From the NCBI GenBank assembly GCA_904395845.1, contig CAJFOH010000009.1, positions 1 through 51,558 on the forward strand: a stretch of 51,558 nucleotides of DNA, given 5' to 3'. The translations under genes and the position numbers were made by a program. Shown piece by piece: positions 9,676 through 18,252 of this stretch (position 1 is its first letter; every line of letters starts with the position of its first letter). This stretch comes from an uncultured Lachnospiraceae bacterium. Its GTDB lineage: Bacteria; Bacillota; Clostridia; Lachnospirales; Lachnospiraceae. The notes under the pieces are model-generated. The model ran no database searches and was not told where the DNA came from. It worked only from the letters and a program-made list of their open reading frames with translations.

Positions 9676-10623
9676 ATGATGTTTCCTTTGCTGTCTAGAA
9701 CACAAATGGGCTATTTAAGAAATAAAAACACCGAAGAATATAGAAAAAACACTCTCCAAGTACATAGCCATAATGATGAGGCAGTAAGGGGGACATTTTT
9801 ATCCATTAACAAACAAGCAAGTATAACAATAGAAATGGCTTGTATTTTACCTTTTGTTATTTTTATTTGGTTTGGATTTCTTTCCTTATGGCAAATCATT
9901 GTGTTACAAGGGAATATTCAAAAAGAGTTAGAACAAGTAGTAGATAAGGTAGCAGCTAGCAGTTATGCCATAGAAAAAATAAAAGACAACTTTTTAGATG
10001 AAACGGATATTGCACTAGAAAATAATCAAATTGGAAAATATCTTCTATCCACGTTTTCCGTAACAGTAATAGGAGAAATGATAAATCAAAATGTTTTAGA
10101 AAATATAAAGGAAATAGGAATGATAAAAGAAAATCAGCTATCGTATGGTCATTCAACCGTAGATTTTGATAAGGGAGAAATTGATATTGTAGTAACATAT
10201 GATGTGGTAATTCCTTTTATTCCTTTAAAAACTGTTCATATTCCAATGGTGCAAAGGTGCTATAAAAAAATGTGGCTTGGGGTGAATTATGAAAAAAAAG
10301 AGGAAGAAATATATGTGTATGTAGCAAAAACTGGAACAGTATATCATACAACACCTACTTGTTCCCATTTAAAATTATCTATTACATCTATTACAAAAGA
10401 AGAGCTAGAGGAACGAAAAAATCAACAAGGTAACCAATATTCATTTTGCGAAATCTGCCAAAGAGAAACAAATGAGGAGGTAGAAGCAGGTATGGTATAT
10501 ATTACAAATACAGGACAGCGTTATCATAATCGACTGGATTGTTCAGGAATTTTAAGAAATGTAAAAAAAGTTCCATTATCAGAAGTTTCATATATGGGAG
10601 GGTGTAAACGATGTGCCAATTAA
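9676..10623 (+). CDS. TadE-like minor pilin with long leader and two C-terminal Cys/His modules
   Basis: KQA/SITIEMACILP + hydrophobic helix after a 48-aa leader; YH-x4-C...CxxC module twice at the C-terminus. Confidence 0.78.
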   Translation: MMFPLLSRTQMGYLRNKNTEEYRKNTLQVHSHNDEAVRGTFLSINKQASITIEMACILPFVIFIWFGFLSLWQIIVLQGNIQKELEQVVDKVAASSYAIEKIKDNFLDETDIALENNQIGKYLLSTFSVTVIGEMINQNVLENIKEIGMIKENQLSYGHSTVDFDKGEIDIVVTYDVVIPFIPLKTVHIPMVQRCYKKMWLGVNYEKKEEEIYVYVAKTGTVYHTTPTCSHLKLSITSITKEELEERKNQQGNQYSFCEICQRETNEEVEAGMVYITNTGQRYHNRLDCSGILRNVKKVPLSEVSYMGGCKRCAN

Positions 10624-11030
10624 TACGATGGGGAATCGTATTTTTATTATTAATTCCATGTGCCATTACAGATATAAAAAAAAGACAGGTAAATATTATT
10701 TGGATAGGAATTTGTGCTATGGTAGGTATTATTTTATGGGTGGTAGAAGCAAGATTTGGGTTTCATGTACTTTTGTATAGTTTGATAGGAGTTATCTTAA
10801 TGGGAATTAGTAAACTTAGTAGAGGTGGAATTGGAATGGGGGATTGTTATCTTATGATAAGTATAGGACTTATCATTGGTTGGCAATATACCTTACTCAT
10901 TTTGTTTTATGCTTTAATAGGAACAAGTATTATAGGGGTAATAGGTTTAATCAAAAAGAAAACAAAGGAAATTCCTTTTGTACCTTATGTATTAATTGCA
11001 AGTGTTATTGTTTGTTTTCTATACCAGTAA
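10611..11030 (+). CDS. Second A24-family prepilin peptidase
   Basis: ITDIKKRQV and GIGMGDC Asp motifs, C-terminal IPFVPY. Confidence 0.85.
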   Translation: MCQLIRWGIVFLLLIPCAITDIKKRQVNIIWIGICAMVGIILWVVEARFGFHVLLYSLIGVILMGISKLSRGGIGMGDCYLMISIGLIIGWQYTLLILFYALIGTSIIGVIGLIKKKTKEIPFVPYVLIASVIVCFLYQ

Positions 11031-11120
11031 ATAGAAATCTTTACATAGAAATATTATTTGTAACCAGTAAATTTTTTAGGAAAGTATTATTTCAATAAAA
11101 TGATTTAGTTAAAAATTAAG

Positions 11121-11651
11121 ATGAAAAGGAAAGAACATAGATATTTAAAACAAGCAAGTATGACGGTAGAGCTAGCCTTATTATTTCCCATCATACTCAT
11201 ACTTATTATGATAGTAGTTTATTATAGCTTTTATGCCCATGATTATATTACAACTTATATGTATTCAAACTACATTTGTAAACGAGAGATGGCATGGATT
11301 ATGGAAGATATTGACACTACAACAAATCAAATTAATTGGGAGAAAAAAGAAGAAAAAGGTCTTGGCTGGCAGTTATTAACCGATTATACAAGTAGAGAAA
11401 AAGAGGTGGAAAAGGAGATGAGAACCTTTCTAGACAAAGCACTGTTATGTAGTGATTGCGAAGATATTACCATTCATATGTCATATGGGGAAGTAGTAAT
11501 CGATTATAATGTACAGTTTTCATATGCCAATAGATACGGGTTACATAAGCTATTATTAAACTTTGGAAGTATAGAAGGGAGAGTTAATAAACAGGAGATA
11601 GAAGCAAAAGAACTGATACGATTAGTGAGAGGTATTATTTTTAAGGATTAA
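11121..11651 (+). CDS. TadE-like minor pilin
   Basis: Basic leader, KQA/SMTVELALLFP, hydrophobic helix. Confidence 0.8.
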   Translation: MKRKEHRYLKQASMTVELALLFPIILILIMIVVYYSFYAHDYITTYMYSNYICKREMAWIMEDIDTTTNQINWEKKEEKGLGWQLLTDYTSREKEVEKEMRTFLDKALLCSDCEDITIHMSYGEVVIDYNVQFSYANRYGLHKLLLNFGSIEGRVNKQEIEAKELIRLVRGIIFKD

Positions 11652-11677
11652 GGAAGAAAAAGAGAGGGAGTAGCATA

Positions 11678-13327
11678 ATGGAGATTATATTTCAAAGGCA
11701 TATTAATAAAAATTATATGATTATTGTAGGGGAAGAAAAACAATTAGAAATTCCATATCAATATTTTATGATAGAAAACAATCCCTTTGATAGTTTATTA
11801 GCTGTTCAAATACAACAAAAGGATAGCCATTTGGAGTATTACTATGATATTTCATCAAAACAATCATTAATGCGAATGTTTGAACAGAGAAAGTTAGGGG
11901 AACAGGAGATAAAGGGGATTATATTAGGATTTGGAAAAGCGATTAAGGAATGTAAACGTTTTTTACTAAATCCAAATCATCTTTATATTCACCCAGAATA
12001 CATTTATATGAAATGGGAGGATAATAGCATTTATTTTTGTTATACTACACAACAAGAAACAGATATTAAAGAAAGTATTAAAGAGTTGATTTATTTTCTA
12101 ATGAAACGAACAGACCATGAGGATAGTAGGGCAGTATTTATAACCTATGAATTGTTTCGATGTATTATGGAAACCGATTATACAATGGATGATTTGTTAC
12201 AAGTGTTACATAGAAAGGAAGAAAAACGGGAGATACATTGTAATATAGAGTATGGAGAGGATTCTCAAAGGGAATATAATCAAAAAGGGTATAGGGAAGA
12301 AGGATACTATTCTATACAAAGCAAGGATACTAATACCAATCATGTGGAAAGCGATAATTTCCAATGTAGCTATATGAGGTATGATGAGGGGGAAAATGAT
12401 GGAAAAAAAAGATATGTGCTAGATGATAAGATAAAAGAAGTATTCATTGGTTTTATTATTATAGACATTCTTTTCGGTATTTTTTTATCTCGTGTGGTAG
12501 GGGGAACTACTGGAGTTATTGTATGTGGTGTATTATTGCTAATTGGTGGGTTTGTTTTTTATACAAAGAAAAAGAAACAAAATAATGTTGCGTATAGTGG
12601 CATACATAACGGTCTGTATAGTAGCCAACATAGTGGCATACATAGCAACCAAAATAGCAACCAGCATAGCAGTATGAATAGCAATCAGCATAGCAGTATG
12701 AATAGCAATCAGCATAGCAGTATGAATAGCAATCAGCATAGCAGTATGCATAGCAACTTGAAAAGCAGTATGCATAGCAACCTACATAGCAACCTGCATA
12801 GCAACTTGCAAAGTAACTTAAATATCACTAAGAATAGCAAAGAGGGTAGGATAGAATATAGTAAACAGTTGCAAAAACAGATACCTAATAATTTAGATGA
12901 GGCATATTATAGTACTTATGAAGAAAAGGAGGAAGTAGAGTTTGACCAGTATAATAAAATACAGCCAAATGTCTATGGTCAAACAACAGTGTTAAGTGAA
13001 AGCAGTATTTCACATCGTCTTATTTATGCAGGAGGACAGTACGAGGATGAATATAAAACAAAAAAAGAACAACAAGAAATCGTATTACATCACTTTCCTT
13101 TTCTATTAGGGAGAGGAGAGAGGGAGTGTGATGGAGTTGTTTATAGTGAAAAGGTCAGTAGAATTCATTTTCAAATAGAAGAAAAAGAAGGAGTATTCTT
13201 TGGAATGGACGTAAATTCAACCAATGGTTCATGGATAAATAACGAACCACTAACTCCTAATATACCATACCAGATTCATAGAAATGATAGAATAAGGATA
13301 GCCGATTTAGAGTATATTTTCCAATAA
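11678..13327 (+). CDS. DUF6382-type N-domain / 2 TM / FHA domain protein
   Basis: N-terminal YYYDISSKQSL and LYIHPEYIY; two central TM helices; C-terminal FHA (LLGR, VSRIH, DVNSTNGS). Confidence 0.82.
   Translation: MEIIFQRHINKNYMIIVGEEKQLEIPYQYFMIENNPFDSLLAVQIQQKDSHLEYYYDISSKQSLMRMFEQRKLGEQEIKGIILGFGKAIKECKRFLLNPNHLYIHPEYIYMKWEDNSIYFCYTTQQETDIKESIKELIYFLMKRTDHEDSRAVFITYELFRCIMETDYTMDDLLQVLHRKEEKREIHCNIEYGEDSQREYNQKGYREEGYYSIQSKDTNTNHVESDNFQCSYMRYDEGENDGKKRYVLDDKIKEVFIGFIIIDILFGIFLSRVVGGTTGVIVCGVLLLIGGFVFYTKKKKQNNVAYSGIHNGLYSSQHSGIHSNQNSNQHSSMNSNQHSSMNSNQHSSMNSNQHSSMHSNLKSSMHSNLHSNLHSNLQSNLNITKNSKEGRIEYSKQLQKQIPNNLDEAYYSTYEEKEEVEFDQYNKIQPNVYGQTTVLSESSISHRLIYAGGQYEDEYKTKKEQQEIVLHHFPFLLGRGERECDGVVYSEKVSRIHFQIEEKEGVFFGMDVNSTNGSWINNEPLTPNIPYQIHRNDRIRIADLEYIFQ
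12593..12820 (+). repeat. In-frame 12/24-bp tandem repeat in FHA protein linker
   Basis: cagcatagcagtatgaatagcaat exact x3 at 12662, 12686, 12710 plus a partial copy; flanked by degenerate 12-mers such as catagcaacctg; encodes (QHSSMNSN)n and (HSNL)n. Confidence 0.95.
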
Positions 13328-13340
13328 TGTTATGATATAA

Positions 13341-13383
13341 TTCATTGTAAAAGAAAGAGTTTCTTTTGCAATGGATTTTTTTT
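13341..13383 (+). terminator. Intrinsic terminator ending the Tad operon
   Basis: ttcattgtaaaagaaa-gag-tttcttttgcaatgga followed by T8. Confidence 0.85.
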
Positions 13384-13414
13384 GTTACAGCATAAAGGTT
13401 GGAAAGGAGTAAGG

Positions 13415-14413
13415 ATGAATCAGTTATTAGCCCAAAGAATTTTAAACGCATTTATATATGATGGTTATAAGCCTATAAAAACTAATATTCCAGCATTTTC
13501 CTACTTTAAGAAGGAGGAAAATGAGAAAATAATTCTAGTTTGTATGTTAGATGATACTCTCGATAATCGTATTTTACCAGAATTTTTATATTATGGAATG
13601 GAGCAATTAGTATCTGATTATAGTTTAAAAGGTTATGAGGTGCATTCATTAGGTATTTATATTACCAATGAAATAGAAAAAGGAAAGCAGAGTGTTAGTT
13701 CTAAATGGAATCGTTGGATATTGGAGGAGCGTACAGGAAATTTAATTATTTATGAAGATCAACCAAGCGACTTTTTTCAAGTTTCACAGCTTATTACAAA
13801 AGCAGTACAAGGGAAAATGCCAAGAAAACATATTCCACTTACACCAGTAAATACCATTCTTGTTATAATAAATATTTTATATTTTATTGTAAGTGAATGG
13901 TGTGGTGGGAGTGAAAATTCTAGGGTAATGTATCAATTAGGTGCATTACAAATTGGTAGCTTTCTAGAGCAAAAAGAGTGGTGGAGACTAATCACAAGTG
14001 GATTTTTACATTTTGGTTTTTCTCATTTAATTAATAATATGATTGTATTGTTAGGTCTTGGTATTTATGTAGAAAACATTCTTGGAAAGGGAAAGTATCT
14101 GTTTTTATATATGACAAGTTTAATGGGTGCCAATGTAATATCTGTTTTATGGTATCAAAAAATTGGAGAATTGTATGTACTTAGTGCAGGTGCATCAGGA
14201 GCAATTTTTGGTGTGGTTGGAGCATTATTGTATCTTGCAATAAAGCACAAAGGTAGAATAGAAACAGTAACAAGTAGACAGCTTATTTATATGATACTAT
14301 TTACTATGTTTTATGGAATTACCTCCGTTGGAGTAAATAATTCAGCTCATATTGGAGGGTTGGTCATTGGATTTTTCTTATGTATAGCATTATCCAAAAA
14401 ACATTCCTTGTAG
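13415..14413 (+). CDS. Rhomboid intramembrane serine protease with soluble N-terminal domain
   Basis: WWRLITSGFLH, HLINNM, GASG (catalytic Ser), AHIGG (catalytic His); start moved to ATG 13415 after AAGGAG. Confidence 0.9.
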   Translation: MNQLLAQRILNAFIYDGYKPIKTNIPAFSYFKKEENEKIILVCMLDDTLDNRILPEFLYYGMEQLVSDYSLKGYEVHSLGIYITNEIEKGKQSVSSKWNRWILEERTGNLIIYEDQPSDFFQVSQLITKAVQGKMPRKHIPLTPVNTILVIINILYFIVSEWCGGSENSRVMYQLGALQIGSFLEQKEWWRLITSGFLHFGFSHLINNMIVLLGLGIYVENILGKGKYLFLYMTSLMGANVISVLWYQKIGELYVLSAGASGAIFGVVGALLYLAIKHKGRIETVTSRQLIYMILFTMFYGITSVGVNNSAHIGGLVIGFFLCIALSKKHSL

Positions 14414-14470
14414 AATCTTTTACAAAAATATGGTATGCTAAATAGAAATATAAGTCTAGGAGGTAGGATA

Positions 14471-14887
14471 ATGGAAAACTGTATTTTTTGTAAAATCATA
14501 AGTGGAGAAATTCCAAGTACTACAATATATGAAGATAATGACTTTAAGGTAATATTAGATGTAAGTCCAGCAACAGAAGGACATGCACTTATTTTACCAA
14601 AGAAGCACTATAAAGATTTAGATGAACTAGATAAAAGTTGTGGAGAAAAGTTATTAACCATTGCAAGTAATGTTGGAAAAGCACTTATGGATACTTTTGG
14701 TTATGAGGGTTACAATATTGTGCAAAATAATGGATTAGCAGCAGGTCAGACAGTATTTCATTTCCATATGCATGTTATTGGTAGAAAAACAGGTGGAGAG
14801 TCTATACTTACTTGGACACCTCATAATCAGGAACAAGAAAAAAGAGAAGAACTTGGTGCAAAGTTAAAAGAGACATTAACAAAATAG
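14471..14887 (+). CDS. HIT family hydrolase
   Basis: CIFC N-terminus, GQTVFHFHMH histidine triad; RBS AGGAGG. Confidence 0.93.
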   Translation: MENCIFCKIISGEIPSTTIYEDNDFKVILDVSPATEGHALILPKKHYKDLDELDKSCGEKLLTIASNVGKALMDTFGYEGYNIVQNNGLAAGQTVFHFHMHVIGRKTGGESILTWTPHNQEQEKREELGAKLKETLTK

Positions 14888-14975
14888 GAGAAATAAGATA
14901 TAATAATTAGTAAAATGATTTTGTTGTAGTAGTTAGAAAGGCAACAAAAGGTAAGGTAGAAAGGAAGTAATTAAG

Positions 14976-15221
14976 ATGGAAAAATTTAAAACAAGTGGAG
15001 TATGTGCAAGAGAAATTGATTTTGAAGTAGAAGACAATATTATTAAGAAAGTAAAATTCGTAGGTGGATGTGCAGGAAATACACAAGGTGTTTCAAGATT
15101 AATTGAAGGAATGGATGTAGATGATGCCATTAATCGTTTATCAGGAGTACGTTGTGGTGCTAGAGAAACTTCTTGTCCAGATCAATTAGCACAAGCATTA
15201 AAAGAATATAAAGGGCAATAA
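14976..15221 (+). CDS. TSCPD-domain small protein (TIGR03905-like)
   Basis: GVC...GGCAGN...C...TSCPDQ four-Cys pattern. Confidence 0.88.
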   Translation: MEKFKTSGVCAREIDFEVEDNIIKKVKFVGGCAGNTQGVSRLIEGMDVDDAINRLSGVRCGARETSCPDQLAQALKEYKGQ

Positions 15222-15237
15222 ACCTTTGGAGGAAGCA

Positions 15238-16305
15238 ATGAAACGAATCATACTTACAGGTGGTGGTACAGCAGGGCATGTAACACCAAACATTGCATTA
15301 TTACCTGGGCTTAAAAAATCAGGATTTGATATTAAATATATTGGCTCCTATGAAGGAATGGAACGAAAATTAATTGAAAATGAAAACATTTCTTATAGTG
15401 GTATTGCAACAGGAAAATTTCGCAGATACTTTGATGTAAAAAATTTCACAGACCCATTTCGAGTATTAAAAGGGTATCATGAAGCAAGAAAAATTATAAA
15501 AGAGTATAAGCCAGATGTATTATTTTCAAAAGGTGGATTTGTTGCAGTGCCAGTAGTATTAGCAGCAAAGCATTATAAAGTACCTATTATTATTCATGAA
15601 TCTGATATGACTCCAGGGCTTGCAAATAAACTTTGCTTATCATCAGCCACAAAAATTTGTTGTAATTTTCCTGAAACAGTCAAACATTTGCCAAAGGATA
15701 AAGCCGTATTATCAGGTTCTCCAATTCGTGAAGAATTATTAACAGGAAGTAGAAGTGCTGGTCTAGCCTTTACTGGATTAACAGGAAAAAAGCCTATTCT
15801 TCTTATGATGGGTGGAAGTATGGGCTCTAAAGTAGTCAATGCAGCACTTCGTGGTGGACTAAATACCATATTAAAGGAATTTGACGTTGTCCATTTATGT
15901 GGAAAAGGAAATGTTGATACATCTATTGAAAAAGAAGGATACAAACAATATGAGTATATTAGCCATGAATTAAAAGATTTAATGGCAATGGCAGATATTG
16001 TATTATCTCGTGCTGGTGCCAATGCAATTTGTGAATTGTTAGCATTACAAAAACCAAATGTATTAGTTCCATTATCAGCAGCTGTAAGTAGAGGAGATCA
16101 AATTTTAAATGCCAAGTCATTTGAAAAGCAAGGATTTTCCTATGTTATACAAGAGGAAGAGTTAACAAGTGAAAGTCTTTATGAAGCAATAAAAAAGACC
16201 TATGAAAACAAAGAACAATATATTAGTGCTATGAAAAATAGTAGCCAATCTAGTGGAGTAGATATTGTTTTAGAGCTTATTAATGACCTTGCAAATAACA
16301 AATAG
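15238..16305 (+). CDS. murG: Lipid II GlcNAc transferase MurG
   Basis: TGGGTAGH, HESD, GGSMGS, SRAGA, DQILNA motifs. Confidence 0.95.
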   Translation: MKRIILTGGGTAGHVTPNIALLPGLKKSGFDIKYIGSYEGMERKLIENENISYSGIATGKFRRYFDVKNFTDPFRVLKGYHEARKIIKEYKPDVLFSKGGFVAVPVVLAAKHYKVPIIIHESDMTPGLANKLCLSSATKICCNFPETVKHLPKDKAVLSGSPIREELLTGSRSAGLAFTGLTGKKPILLMMGGSMGSKVVNAALRGGLNTILKEFDVVHLCGKGNVDTSIEKEGYKQYEYISHELKDLMAMADIVLSRAGANAICELLALQKPNVLVPLSAAVSRGDQILNAKSFEKQGFSYVIQEEELTSESLYEAIKKTYENKEQYISAMKNSSQSSGVDIVLELINDLANNK

Positions 16306-16345
16306 ATGCAAAAAATATGGTTAGGTTACACATAGAGGAGGAATT

Positions 16346-17038
16346 ATGCTAGGAATTATTGGCGCTATGGAAGGCGAAGTATCTAAGTTGAAAGAACAAA
16401 TGGAAGATGCTGTTATAACAAAAAAAGCATCTATGGAATTTTACAAAGGAACAATAAAAGGGAAAGAAGTTGTTGTAGTAAGAAGTGGAATTGGGAAAGT
16501 TAATGCAGCAGTATGTGCACAAATTTTAATTGACGATTTTCATGTTTCTGCCATTGTAAATACAGGAATTGCAGGTTCTTTAAAAAATGAAATTAACATT
16601 GGAGATATTGTATTATCAACAGATGCAGTACAACATGATGTTAATGCAGGAAGTTTTGGTTATCCTAAGGGACAAATTCCTGGACTAGATGTATTAGCAT
16701 TTCAGGCAGATGAAAACTTAATAGAAAAAGCATATGCCATTTGCGAAAAAGTAAATCCAGATATTTCTGTTTTTCGTGGCAGAGTAGTGACTGGTGACCA
16801 ATTTATTTCCCAACGTGAAATAAAAAATAACATTGCAAACACATTTGATGGAATGTGTACAGAAATGGAAGGAGCAGCTATTGCTCAAGTGGCATATTTA
16901 AATCACATTCCATTTTTAATTGTTCGTGCCATTTCTGATAAGGCAGATGATAGTGCAGATATGGATTATGAAATCTTTGAAGCACAGGCAATTAAGCATA
17001 GTGTGAATTTAACATTAGAGTTAATTGCAAATAGTTAA
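16346..17038 (+). CDS. mtnN: MTA/SAH nucleosidase
   Basis: GIIGAM, SGIGKVNAA, EMEGAA, RAISDKAD. Confidence 0.95.
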   Translation: MLGIIGAMEGEVSKLKEQMEDAVITKKASMEFYKGTIKGKEVVVVRSGIGKVNAAVCAQILIDDFHVSAIVNTGIAGSLKNEINIGDIVLSTDAVQHDVNAGSFGYPKGQIPGLDVLAFQADENLIEKAYAICEKVNPDISVFRGRVVTGDQFISQREIKNNIANTFDGMCTEMEGAAIAQVAYLNHIPFLIVRAISDKADDSADMDYEIFEAQAIKHSVNLTLELIANS

Positions 17039-17215
17039 ATAACAAAATGACAAAAATTGACATAATATACCTTTTATCCTAACATAACAATGTTTGTAAG
17101 ATATGATAGTAAGGAAAGTTATGTCAAAATAATACGATGGATTTATGTCCCCTCCTTTCTTGCTTTCGGTTATAATAGCTTGTATCCGAAGAAGGAAAGG
17201 AAAGGGGCATTTTTT

Positions 17216-18157
17216 ATGTTAAATTATTTTAATGATCAAATTGGACTATATGTATTAGCTGGTGTATTTTCTATCTGTTTATTTGGAAAATTGGTGACTA
17301 ATAACATTTACAAAAGAATGATTAAACAATCAAAAGATTTATTAGTAACAAAAGACAAACGGCTACGATTGATAGCAGAAAGTTATGCTTCTTATAGTAA
17401 AACAAAAGGAACAATGAAAAATTTACCAGTATTTATTGAAAAAAATATATACTCTTATAAACGTTTGGGGGTAAATCCATTAAAATTAGATACAGTAGTA
17501 TCTCAAGGTCCACTTATATGCTTTTTGTGTGGGTTATCTGCCACATTTATTAGTTTTTGGAATGGTGAGTCCATAAAATACATGGTACTTCAATTTGCTA
17601 TGGGAGTTATTTTAGGTATTATAATGGCAATTATGGATGGAATACTAGATACTGATAGAAAAAGAGAAATGGCATTTGTACATATTCAAAATTATTTAGA
17701 AAATTTTATGCCAGTTGAAAAAGAAGAAAAGAAAGAAGTGCCATTAGGACAAGCAGTGACTATGAAAGAAGGAAATTCTGAGAAAACTCTAGGAATGGAA
17801 AAAACTTTAGAAGTCCAGAACAATGTAGAGTCGGAAAAAAAGATGCAAGATGATTTGTTTGTGAAAAGAAAAGAGGAGAGAAGAAGAGAGAGAAAAGAAT
17901 TGTTTGGTTATGGGAAAGAACAAGAAAAATCATTAGAGGAAACGGTTGCAGTAAAAAATAGCACAGAATGGCTAGAAGAGCAAGCAGAGGAGAAAAAACG
18001 ACTCGAAATGGAAGCTTTGAAAAAACATTTGGTGGAAGTAGCTGTAACCAAGGAAAATAGCAATGAAACTATTGTTGATAAACAAAAACCAAAGCTACAA
18101 TTTACAAAGGAACAAGAAACGTTAATTCGTGAAATAATAAATGAATATTTGTCTTGA
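17216..18157 (+). CDS. Hypothetical membrane protein (3 TM, charged C-terminal half)
   Basis: Open frame; start moved to ATG 17216 behind AGGAAAGGGG; ends IREIINEYLS. Confidence 0.7.
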   Translation: MLNYFNDQIGLYVLAGVFSICLFGKLVTNNIYKRMIKQSKDLLVTKDKRLRLIAESYASYSKTKGTMKNLPVFIEKNIYSYKRLGVNPLKLDTVVSQGPLICFLCGLSATFISFWNGESIKYMVLQFAMGVILGIIMAIMDGILDTDRKREMAFVHIQNYLENFMPVEKEEKKEVPLGQAVTMKEGNSEKTLGMEKTLEVQNNVESEKKMQDDLFVKRKEERRRERKELFGYGKEQEKSLEETVAVKNSTEWLEEQAEEKKRLEMEALKKHLVEVAVTKENSNETIVDKQKPKLQFTKEQETLIREIINEYLS

Positions 18158-18252
18158 TAAGAGAGAAAGAATTGTATATAATAAAAAAAGATTGTTAAGT
18201 AATTAGCAAACTGTTTCTAAAAATTATATTACAATAGAAAAGAGGAGTGTAT

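Noticed and set aside
12593-12820. CRISPR-like appearance of the repeat
   Set aside because: No unique spacers, in frame within a CDS, no cas genes
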